NCBI GenBank assembly: GCA_016874295.1
Contig: VGUH01000002.1
Coordinates: forward strand, 74,344-138,343
From: Gammaproteobacteria bacterium
GTDB taxonomy: Bacteria; Pseudomonadota; Gammaproteobacteria; Steroidobacterales; Steroidobacteraceae
Length of the DNA: 64,000 bases
Reading direction: 5' to 3'
Below are positions 19,514 through 27,235 of this stretch, in pieces. Numbering within the stretch: the stretch's first letter is position 1; each line of letters begins with the position of its first letter. Made by a program: the position numbers and the translations under genes. The notes under the pieces are model-generated. The model ran no database searches. It had not been told where the DNA came from and saw only the letters and a program-made list of their open reading frames with translations.

Positions 19514-21055
19514 ATGAGACCGACGATCCAGATCCTCGAGCCCGCGCAGATCACCGCGGTGCTCGACGAAGCCAAGCGGATCATGGCCGAGGTCGGCATG
19601 GACATCCGCGGCGCGAAGCTGCGCCAGCGCCTGATCGACGCGGGGTTGCCGACCGACCCGAAAGGCCGCGTGCTGTTCCCCACCGAGATCGTCAACCGCG
19701 CGATCGCGACCGCGCCGAAATCGTTCACGCTCTACAACCGCGACGGCGAGCCGCACGCGAACATCGGCGGCTGGAACGTCCACTTCATACCCGGCTCGAG
19801 CGGCCTCAAGATCATGGATCACCGCACGGGCGAGACGCGGCTCGCGAACTCGACCGACTTCATCGAGTACGCGCGCCTGTGCGACGGGCTGGCGCACATC
19901 CCCTACCTCGCGACGGCGTTCTCGACGAATAACGACATCGAACCGCAGGTCTCGGACGCCTGGCGCCTGTACATGGTGCTGACCACCACCAAGAAGCCGG
20001 TCGTCTCCGGCGCCTTCGGCGAGCACGGCGTGCCGCGCATGGTCGAGATGATGCAGCTGTTCCGCCGCGACCGCGCCGAGCTCATTGCGAAGCCGATGTC
20101 GATCTTCACCATCACCGCGACCGGCAATTTCCGCTTCGGCGAGGACTCCTGCCAGAACCTGCTCGACTGCGTCGAGGCCGGCATCCCTGTCGAGATCGTG
20201 CCGGTCACGCTCATGGGCCTGATCGCGCCGGTCACCCTGATCGGCGCCCTCGTCTTCCACTGCGTGGACGTGCTGACCGGCATCACCATGGCCCAGGTCG
20301 TCAAGCCCGGCGCGCCGGTGCTGTTCGGCGGTGCACCCGCGACCTTCCACATGCGCGCGGCGAGCGCGCCGATGGCGGCGATCGAGGCGCAGCGCCTGAA
20401 TGTCGGCTACGTCGCGATCGCGAAGTCCCTCGGCCTGCCGACCCAGGCCTACATGGCGCTCTCGGACGGCAAGTTCCTCGATGCCCAGGCGGGCGCGGAA
20501 ACGATGTCGAGCGCGCTGCTCGCCGCGCTCGCCGGCGTGAACTCGGTGTCGGGGCCCGGCATGCTCGACTTCGTGCTGACCTTCAGCCTGCCGAAGCTCC
20601 TGTTCGACAACGAGGTCTGCGGGCAATGCCTGAACTTCGTGCGCGAGACGCAGGTGCTCGAGGACATCCCGGCGCGCAGCCTGGTGGACGAGGTGCGCGC
20701 GCATGATCACCTGATCACCTCGCCGCACACGCTGAAGTACTGGCCGCAGGAGCTGTACCTGACCGACCCGGTAATCGACCGCGAGAACCGCGAAACCTGG
20801 GTCAAACAGGGCTCGAAGGACCTGCAGGCGCGCGCGGCCGAGCAGGTCGAGAAGCGCCTCGCCGCCTACGTGCAGATCGAGACCGATCCCGCGGCGGACG
20901 CGGAGATGCGCCGCATGATCGTCGCGGGCTTCAAGGACCAGAAGGAACTTCCCGCTCTGCCGCCGCCGCCCGAGCACGCCGCCGGCGAGGCCGCGGCTCC
21001 GGGGCGCCGCCGCACCGGGCGCCGGCCGCAGGCCGCGGCGCGCAGCGAGTGCTAG
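19514..21055 (+). CDS. Trimethylamine-methyltransferase (MttB) superfamily protein, non-pyrrolysine type
   Basis: 513 aa, no in-frame TAG. The N-terminus [31 protein letters not shown] and overall TIM-barrel-length match fit MttB/MtgB-like proteins. The last 35-40 aa are a Pro/Ala/Arg-rich tail. Confidence 0.75.
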   Translation: MRPTIQILEPAQITAVLDEAKRIMAEVGMDIRGAKLRQRLIDAGLPTDPKGRVLFPTEIVNRAIATAPKSFTLYNRDGEPHANIGGWNVHFIPGSSGLKIMDHRTGETRLANSTDFIEYARLCDGLAHIPYLATAFSTNNDIEPQVSDAWRLYMVLTTTKKPVVSGAFGEHGVPRMVEMMQLFRRDRAELIAKPMSIFTITATGNFRFGEDSCQNLLDCVEAGIPVEIVPVTLMGLIAPVTLIGALVFHCVDVLTGITMAQVVKPGAPVLFGGAPATFHMRAASAPMAAIEAQRLNVGYVAIAKSLGLPTQAYMALSDGKFLDAQAGAETMSSALLAALAGVNSVSGPGMLDFVLTFSLPKLLFDNEVCGQCLNFVRETQVLEDIPARSLVDEVRAHDHLITSPHTLKYWPQELYLTDPVIDRENRETWVKQGSKDLQARAAEQVEKRLAAYVQIETDPAADAEMRRMIVAGFKDQKELPALPPPPEHAAGEAAAPGRRRTGRRPQAAARSEC

Positions 21056-21068
21056 CATCACGGACCCG

Positions 21069-21530
21069 ATGAACGAGCAAAGCATTCTCGCGATCGTCGA
21101 GCGCCACCGCCATCGCGACGGCCCGCTGATCGAGGTCCTGCACGAGGTGCAGGAGCAATTCGGCTGCATCCCGGCCGGCGCCGTCGCGGCCATCGCGCGC
21201 GGGCTCAATTTGTCACGCGCAGAAGTGCACGGCGTCGTGAGCTTCTATCACCATTTCCGGACCCGGCCGGCGGGCCGGCACCTGCTGCAGGTCTGCCGCG
21301 CGGAATCCTGCCAGGCGGCGGGCGGCCGGGCGATCGAGGCGCATGCGAAGCAGCGGCTCGGCATCGACTTCGGCCAGACGACCGCAGACGGACGTTTCAC
21401 ACTCGAGGCCGTCTACTGCCTCGGCCTGTGCGCCTGCTCTCCCGCCGCGATGCTGGACCACGAAGTTCACGGCCGCGTGACGCGCGAGAGCCTCGATGCG
21501 CTCGTCGACGCCGCCGCGAAGGCTGGGTGA
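21069..21530 (+). CDS. fdsG: NAD-dependent formate dehydrogenase gamma subunit (NuoE-like 2Fe-2S)
   Basis: 153 aa. Cys pattern C..ESC...C...C (VCRAESCQA ... CLGLCACSP), position ahead of fdsB. Confidence 0.85.
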   Translation: MNEQSILAIVERHRHRDGPLIEVLHEVQEQFGCIPAGAVAAIARGLNLSRAEVHGVVSFYHHFRTRPAGRHLLQVCRAESCQAAGGRAIEAHAKQRLGIDFGQTTADGRFTLEAVYCLGLCACSPAAMLDHEVHGRVTRESLDALVDAAAKAG

Positions 21531-23080
21531 TGAACGTCACGGTCTGGGTGCCGGGCGACGCCGGCGCGCTCGCGCTCGGCGCACAGGCGACGGCGCAGGC
21601 GCTCGTGGCCGGGGCCCGCGCCGCGGGCACGGAAGTCCGGCTGCGCCGCAACGGTTCGCGCGGGCTCTACTGGCTCGAGCCGCTCATCGAGGTCGAGACG
21701 CCCGCCGGGCGAGTCGCCTACGGACCGGTGCGCGCCTCGGACGTGCCGGCGCTGCTCGCGAGCGGCCTGCTCGATGGCCGCGCGCACCCGCTGCGGCTCG
21801 GCGACATCGAGCAGCACCCCTGGCTCGCGACGCAGCAACGCCTGACCTTCGCGCGGGTCGGGCGCATCGATCCGCTCGATCTCGCGGCGTTTCGCGCGGC
21901 GGGCGGCTACCGGGGCCTCGCGCGCGCGCTCGAACTCGGCCCTGAGGCGACGGTGAACGAGGTGCTGGAGTCGGGCCTGCGCGGCCGCGGCGGCGCGGCA
22001 TTCCCGACCGGCATCAAGTGGCAGACGGTGCTGCGCCAGCCTCCCGGCCGGAAGTACATCACCTGCAACGCCGACGAAGGCGACTCGGGCACGTATTCCG
22101 ACCGCATGCTGATGGAAGGCGACCCGTTCACGCTGATCGAGGGCATGACGATCGCGGGCGTCGCCGTCGGCGCGACCAGGGGCTACATCTACCTGCGCGT
22201 CGAGTACCCGCACGCCTTCAGGGTCCTGAACGCGGCGATCGCGAAAGCGCGCGAGGCGGGGGGTCTGCTCGGCGCGGACGTAATGGGCAGCGGCCTGGCA
22301 TTCGACCTCGAGGTGCGGCTCGGCGCCGGCGCCTATATCTGCGGCGAGGAAACCTCGATGCTCGAGAGTCTCGAGGGCCGGCGCGGCGAGGTCCGCGTGC
22401 GCCCGCCGCTGCCCGCCGAGAAAGGCCTGTTCGGCGCGCCGACGATCGTCAACAACGTCATCACGCTCGCGACCGTGCCGACCATCCTCGCGAACGGCGC
22501 GACCGCCTACAAGGATTACGGCCAGGCGCGCTCGCGCGGCACGCTGCCGCTGCAGCTCGCCGGCAACATCCGCCGCGGCGGGCTGGTCGAGCGCGCCTTC
22601 GGCCTCACGGTGCGCGAGCTGCTCGAGGACTACGGCGGCGGCTCGATGAGCGGGCGGCCGATCCGCGCGGTGCAGATCGGCGGGCCGCTCGGCGCCTACC
22701 TGCCGGTCTCGCAATTCGACACGCCGCTCGAGTACGAGGCGCTCTCCGCGATCGGCGCGCTGCTCGGGCACGGGGGCGTGGTCGCCTTCGACGACACGGT
22801 CGACATGCTGGAGATGGCGCGCTACGCCATGGAATTCTGTGCGATCGAGTCCTGCGGCAAGTGCACGCCCTGCCGGATCGGCTCGGTCCGGGGGGCGGAA
22901 GCCCTGGCCGCGGTCGGGCGCGGCGAAGATCGTGACCGCCAGCTTGCCCTGGTCGAGGAACTCTGCGATACGATGCTGAATGCGTCCCTGTGCGGCCTGG
23001 GGGGCATGACCCCCTTTCCCGTGCAAAGCGCCATGAAGCACTTCGCAGAGGATTTCAGGGGCCGGACGCGAGGAGGATAG
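21530..23080 (+). CDS. fdsB: NAD-dependent formate dehydrogenase beta subunit (NuoF-like, FMN/NAD/4Fe-4S)
   Basis: ATG 21530 overlaps the fdsG stop (ATGA). GLRGRGGAAFPTG, ADEGDSG, YICGEETS.LESLEG, ESCGKCTPCR motifs. Confidence 0.9.
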   Translation: MNVTVWVPGDAGALALGAQATAQALVAGARAAGTEVRLRRNGSRGLYWLEPLIEVETPAGRVAYGPVRASDVPALLASGLLDGRAHPLRLGDIEQHPWLATQQRLTFARVGRIDPLDLAAFRAAGGYRGLARALELGPEATVNEVLESGLRGRGGAAFPTGIKWQTVLRQPPGRKYITCNADEGDSGTYSDRMLMEGDPFTLIEGMTIAGVAVGATRGYIYLRVEYPHAFRVLNAAIAKAREAGGLLGADVMGSGLAFDLEVRLGAGAYICGEETSMLESLEGRRGEVRVRPPLPAEKGLFGAPTIVNNVITLATVPTILANGATAYKDYGQARSRGTLPLQLAGNIRRGGLVERAFGLTVRELLEDYGGGSMSGRPIRAVQIGGPLGAYLPVSQFDTPLEYEALSAIGALLGHGGVVAFDDTVDMLEMARYAMEFCAIESCGKCTPCRIGSVRGAEALAAVGRGEDRDRQLALVEELCDTMLNASLCGLGGMTPFPVQSAMKHFAEDFRGRTRGG

Positions 23081-25915
23081 ATGTACTCGATCGACCACCG
23101 CGACCTCGGCACGCCGCCGGCGCCGTCGGCGGAATCGGTCACGCTCGAGATCGACGGCGCCACCGTCACCGTGCCCGCGGGCACCTCGGTCATGCGCGCC
23201 GCGGCGCTTGCCGACACGCAGATCCCGAAGCTCTGTGCGACCGACTTGCTGAAGGCTTTCGGCTCCTGCCGCCTGTGCCTGGTCGAGATCGAGGGTCGCA
23301 AGGGTTTCCCGGCCTCCTGCACGACGGCCGTCGCGCCGGGCATGAAGGTGCGCACGAACTCGTCGCGCATCCAGCAACTGCGCCGCGGCGTGGTCGAGCT
23401 GTACGTCTCCGACCACCCGCTCGACTGCGACGACTGCCCCGCGAACGGTCACTGTGAGCTGCAGGACGCGGCCGAGGTCACGGGTATCACTCACTCGCGC
23501 TGGGCGAAGGGCAGGACCCAGCGCGGCGTCGTCCCCGACGTCAGCAACCCCTACTTCGACTTCAACCCAGACCTCTGCATCGTCTGCTCGCGCTGCGTGC
23601 GCGCCTGCGACGAGACCCAGGGCACGCTCGCCCTCACGATCGAAGGCCGCGGCTTCGGCTCGCGCGTGTCCGCGAGCGAGCACCAGCCGTTCCTCGCCTC
23701 GGAGTGCGTCTCCTGCGGCGCCTGCGTGGAGGCCTGCCCGACGGCGGCGCTCTCCGAGAAGTCGCTCGCGCAGCTCGGCCAGCCCGAGCGGGCGGTGTCG
23801 ACGACCTGCGGCTACTGCGGCGTCGGCTGCACGCTGAATGCCGAAGTGAAGAAAGAGACCGTTGTGCGCATGGTCCCGAGCCGCACGGGCAAGGCCAACC
23901 AGGGCCACGCCTGCGTCAAGGGCCGCTTCGCCTATGGTTACGCGACACACAAGGACCGCGTCACGAAACCGATGATCCGCGCGAAGATCACGGATCCCTG
24001 GCGCGAGGTGAGCTGGGAAGAGGCCTTCGAGCACACGGCGCGCGAGTTCCGCCGCATCCAGCAGAAGTACGGCCGGAATTCCGTGGGGGGCATCACCTCC
24101 TCGCGCTGCACCAACGAGGAAACCTACCTGGTCCAGAAGCTGGTGCGCGCGGCGCTGCTCACCAACAACGTCGATACCTGCGCGCGCGTCTGCCACTCCC
24201 CGACCGGCTACGGCCTGAAGCACACGCTCGGCGAATCCGCGGGCACGCAGGCCTTCACCTCGGTGCAGAAGGCGGACGTCATCATCGTCTGCGGGGCCAG
24301 CCCGACCGACGGCCACCCGGTGTTCGGCTCGCAGCTCAAGCGCCGCCTGCGCCAGGGCGCGAAGCTCATCGTCATCGACCCGCGCGCGACCGAGCTCGTG
24401 CGCACGCCTCACATCGAGGCCGCGTACCACCTGCAGCTCAAGCCCGGCACCAACGTCGCGGTCATCAACACGCTCGCCCACGTGATCGTCACGGAAGGCC
24501 TTGCCAAGGACGACTACGCGCTCGCGCGCTGCGAGCCGAAGTCCTGGCAGGAGTGGAAGGATTTCATCGCCGAACCACGGCACTCGCCGGAGGCAACCGA
24601 GTCGATCACGGGCGTGCCGGCCGCGAGCATCCGCGGCGCCGCGCGCCTCTATGCCGCGGGCCCGAACAGCGCCATCTACTACGGCCTCGGCGTGACCGAG
24701 CACAGCCAGGGTACGACCATGGTCATGGGCATCGCGAACCTCGCGATGGCGACCGGCAACCTCGGCCGCGAGGGCGTGGGCGTCAACCCGCTGCGCGGCC
24801 AGAACAATGTGCAGGGCTCCTGCGACATGGGCTCCTTCCCGCACGAGCTGCCGGGCTACCGGCACGTGTCGGACGCCATCACGCGCGGCAGTTTCGAGTC
24901 GGCCTGGAACGTCTCGCTCCAGGACGAGCCCGGGCTGCGCATCCCGAACATGTTCGAGGCGGCGCTCGACGGCAGCTTCAAGGGCCTGTACATCCAGGGC
25001 GAGGACTTCGTGCAGTCCGACCCGAACACCCACCACGTGACCTCGGCGCTCGCTGCGATGGAGTGCGTGGTGGTGCAGGACCTGTTCCTGGTGGAGACGG
25101 CGCGCTACGCGCACGTATTCCTGCCGGGCGCGTCGTTCCTCGAAAAGGACGGCACGTTCACCAACGCCGAGCGGCGCATCTCGCGCGTAAGCAAGGTCAT
25201 GGAGCCGCTCGCTGGCCTTGCGGACTGGGAGGTCACGATGCGCCTCGCGCAGGCGCTCGGTTACCCGATGCAGTACGCGCACCCGTCGGAGATCATGGAC
25301 GAGATCGCGCGCCTGACGCCGACCTTCACGGGCGTCAGCTACGAGAAGCTGGATCGCCTCGGCAGCATCCAGTGGCCCTGCAACGACGCGGCGCCCGAGG
25401 GCACGCCGACCATGCACGTCGGCAGCTTCGTGCGCGGCAAGGGCAAGTTCTACCGCACCGAGTACGTCGAGACCGCCGAGCGCTCGACCAGCCGCTACCC
25501 GCTGCTGCTGACGACCGGCCGGATCCTCTACCAGTACAACGTCGGCACGCAGACGCGGCGCACGAAGAACGTGGTGTTCAACAAGGAAGACGTGCTCGAG
25601 ATGCACCCGGATGACGCCGAGGCGCGCGGCATCAAGGACGGCGACCTGGTGGGCGTCGCGAGCCGGACGGGCGAGATCGTCGTGCACGTTGCGCTGACGC
25701 GGCGCATCGCGCGCGGCGTGGTGTACACGACCTTCCACTTCCCGGAGTCCGGCGTGAACCTCGTGACCACCGAGAACTCCGACTGGGCGACCAATTGCCC
25801 GGAATACAAGGTGACGGCGGTCGAGGTCGTGAAGGTCACGCAGCCGCACGCCTGGAAGGCCCGCGCGGGCACGCAGCGCACCGCCCGCCAGGGCGCGTCC
25901 GCCTCCGTCGGCTGA
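23081..25915 (+). CDS. fdsA: NAD-dependent formate dehydrogenase alpha subunit (Fe-S plus molybdopterin)
   Basis: 944 aa. N-terminal 2Fe-2S/4Fe-4S Cys clusters (CRLCLVEIEG, CIVCSRCVRAC, CVSCGACVEACP, CGYCGVGC), then the Mo-bisMGD domain with Cys (TCARVCHSP). No in-frame TGA. Confidence 0.9.
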   Translation: MYSIDHRDLGTPPAPSAESVTLEIDGATVTVPAGTSVMRAAALADTQIPKLCATDLLKAFGSCRLCLVEIEGRKGFPASCTTAVAPGMKVRTNSSRIQQLRRGVVELYVSDHPLDCDDCPANGHCELQDAAEVTGITHSRWAKGRTQRGVVPDVSNPYFDFNPDLCIVCSRCVRACDETQGTLALTIEGRGFGSRVSASEHQPFLASECVSCGACVEACPTAALSEKSLAQLGQPERAVSTTCGYCGVGCTLNAEVKKETVVRMVPSRTGKANQGHACVKGRFAYGYATHKDRVTKPMIRAKITDPWREVSWEEAFEHTAREFRRIQQKYGRNSVGGITSSRCTNEETYLVQKLVRAALLTNNVDTCARVCHSPTGYGLKHTLGESAGTQAFTSVQKADVIIVCGASPTDGHPVFGSQLKRRLRQGAKLIVIDPRATELVRTPHIEAAYHLQLKPGTNVAVINTLAHVIVTEGLAKDDYALARCEPKSWQEWKDFIAEPRHSPEATESITGVPAASIRGAARLYAAGPNSAIYYGLGVTEHSQGTTMVMGIANLAMATGNLGREGVGVNPLRGQNNVQGSCDMGSFPHELPGYRHVSDAITRGSFESAWNVSLQDEPGLRIPNMFEAALDGSFKGLYIQGEDFVQSDPNTHHVTSALAAMECVVVQDLFLVETARYAHVFLPGASFLEKDGTFTNAERRISRVSKVMEPLAGLADWEVTMRLAQALGYPMQYAHPSEIMDEIARLTPTFTGVSYEKLDRLGSIQWPCNDAAPEGTPTMHVGSFVRGKGKFYRTEYVETAERSTSRYPLLLTTGRILYQYNVGTQTRRTKNVVFNKEDVLEMHPDDAEARGIKDGDLVGVASRTGEIVVHVALTRRIARGVVYTTFHFPESGVNLVTTENSDWATNCPEYKVTAVEVVKVTQPHAWKARAGTQRTARQGASASVG

Positions 25916-25928
25916 GGGCGGCCGTTCG

Positions 25929-26138
25929 ATGAACGTCCAGCGCCTGGTCGCGATGGCGAACGACATCTCGAACTTCTTCGGTTCCGACCCCGACCCGGCT
26001 TCGGCCGCCGAACAGGTGGCGAATCACCTGAAGAAGTTCTGGGAGCCGCGCATGCGCGAGGAGATCCGCCGCTACGTGAGCACGGGCGGCGAGGGCCTCT
26101 CATCGATCGCGATACAGGCGGTGAAGAAACTGGCGTAG
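25929..26138 (+). CDS. fdsD: Formate dehydrogenase delta subunit
   Basis: 69 aa; LVAMANDISNFF...VANHLKKFWEPRMR matches the FdsD family pattern. Follows fdsA after 13 nt. Confidence 0.8.
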   Translation: MNVQRLVAMANDISNFFGSDPDPASAAEQVANHLKKFWEPRMREEIRRYVSTGGEGLSSIAIQAVKKLA

Positions 26139-26190
26139 CCACCCTCGCGCGCCTGGCCGGCCGGGAACCCTCGCTCGTTCCGCCGGAACT

Positions 26191-27027
26191 TAGAACCTAT
26201 CTCAAAATCGCGGAACTGCGGTGGCGCGAGTAGTATTCATGCGTACTGCGCCTGAGCGACGAACAGTGGGAGCGGATCCGGAAGCACTTTCCGGAGGAGC
26301 ACTATCCTGATGATCGGCCCGGCCGCAAGCCGATTGCTGCGCGGCGCGTGCTGGAAGCGGTGCTGTGGATCCTCAATACCGGTGCCCAGTGGCACCTGCT
26401 TCCGCAGTCCTACCCGAACTACAAGACGGTGCACCGCCGCTTTCAGCAGTGGTGCCGGGACGAAGTGATCCGTGCGGCGCTGACCGATCTGGCGAACAGC
26501 TTGCGCGAGGCGGGCGCGATCGACGAGTCGGAGTGCTTCATCGATGCGAGCTTTGCCTCGGCCAAGGGCGGCGGCGGCGAGGTGGCGCCAACGAAACGCG
26601 GAAAAGGCGTGAAAATCATGGCGATTGTCGATCGTCACGGCCTGCCGCTCGCGGTCACGACCCATGCCGCAAACCATCATGAAGTCACGCTGGTGCAGTT
26701 GACGTTCGACTTCTACATGATCGAGGCGCAGCCGGAGAATCTGATCGGCGACAAGGCGTACGATAGCGACCCGCTCGACGAGCAGCTGCGCCAGAAGGGC
26801 ATCGAGATGATCGCGCCGCACAAGTCCAACCGCGTGCGCGCCAGGACTCAGGACGGTCGCCGGCTGCGGCGGTATCAGCGGCGCTGGATCGTCGAACGCA
26901 TCTTCGCCTGGATGCAATGGCAACGGCGGCTGCTGGTGCGCTGGGAGTTTCACTCGATCAACTTTCTCGGCTTCGTGCACCTGGCGGCCCTGTGTATCCT
27001 GCTCAGACAGTTTTGAGATAGGTTCTA
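26191..27027 (+). mobile_element. IS5-family insertion sequence (837 bp) with perfect 17-bp terminal inverted repeats
   Basis: Left end is TAGAACCTATCTCAAAA (26191-26207); right end is TTTTGAGATAGGTTCTA (27011-27027), its exact reverse complement. The outer TA of each end could instead be a 2-bp target duplication. A single DDE transposase frame lies inside, with its stop codon within the right IR. Confidence 0.85.
26234..27016 (+). CDS. IS5-family DDE transposase (open frame; start codon uncertain)
   Basis: Frame reads ..VLRLSDEQWERIRKHFPEE...AVLWILNTGAQWHLLP...IDASFASAKGGG...LIGDKAYDSD...RRWIVERIFAWMQWQRRL (DDE triad regions). The conserved N-terminal LSDEQWERI block is in frame from 26243. 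The only upstream ATG (26239) is +1 out of frame, and the first in-frame ATG is 26348. Confidence 0.75.
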   Translation, partial: YSCVLRLSDEQWERIRKHFPEEHYPDDRPGRKPIAARRVLEAVLWILNTGAQWHLLPQSYPNYKTVHRRFQQWCRDEVIRAALTDLANSLREAGAIDESECFIDASFASAKGGGGEVAPTKRGKGVKIMAIVDRHGLPLAVTTHAANHHEVTLVQLTFDFYMIEAQPENLIGDKAYDSDPLDEQLRQKGIEMIAPHKSNRVRARTQDGRRLRRYQRRWIVERIFAWMQWQRRLLVRWEFHSINFLGFVHLAALCILLRQF

Positions 27028-27153
27028 GTCACTTCGCTCGGGCACCCGGCCGGCCAGGTGCGCATGAAGCGCCGCGGCACATGGCCTCCGGCGTGCGTGA
27101 CGTGCCCGCGGCATCGGCGCGCGCGATACGCTGCGGTCGTTTCAGGCGCGCCA

Positions 27154-27227
27154 AGGCCAGGCGGGGTCCCGTACGAGTGACTTGCGGTCGCCGCCAGGAG
27201 CGAGTACGGGACCCCGCGTGGCCAGGC
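27154..27227 (-). terminator. Long hairpin (about 20-bp stem, 27-nt loop) immediately 3' of rlmL; terminator-like or REP-like element
   Basis: The arm GGCCAGGCGGGGTCCCGTAC (27154-27174 region) pairs with GTACGGGACCCCGCGTGGCC (27204-27227 region). The core is a perfect 14 bp (27161-27174 with 27204-27217). It starts 9 nt after the rlmL stop and has no U-run. Confidence 0.4.
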
Positions 27228-27235
27228 GCGTCTGC

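Noticed and set aside
23081-25915. Selenocysteine recoding in the formate dehydrogenase alpha subunit.
   Set aside because: The ORF is continuous with no in-frame TGA. The active-site position carries Cys, as expected for NAD-dependent FdsA-type enzymes.
21467-25966. Very long antisense ORF (1499 aa) opposite fdsB/fdsA. Similar long ORFs occur at 19394-21208, 7863-10130, 27434-29485, 59653-60786 and 62286-63917.
   Set aside because: These are typical high-GC shadow ORFs. Their translations are Arg/Ala/Gly/Asp-rich with no family motifs. The opposite strand encodes unmistakable conserved proteins in each case.
26191-27027. Programmed -1 frameshift (orfA/orfB) organisation of the IS5-family transposase.
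   Set aside because: The DDE transposase is one continuous frame from 26234 to 27016. I saw no slippery A-rich heptamer and no second overlapping ORF with transposase similarity. The only anomaly is the missing in-frame start, which is reported as a finding.
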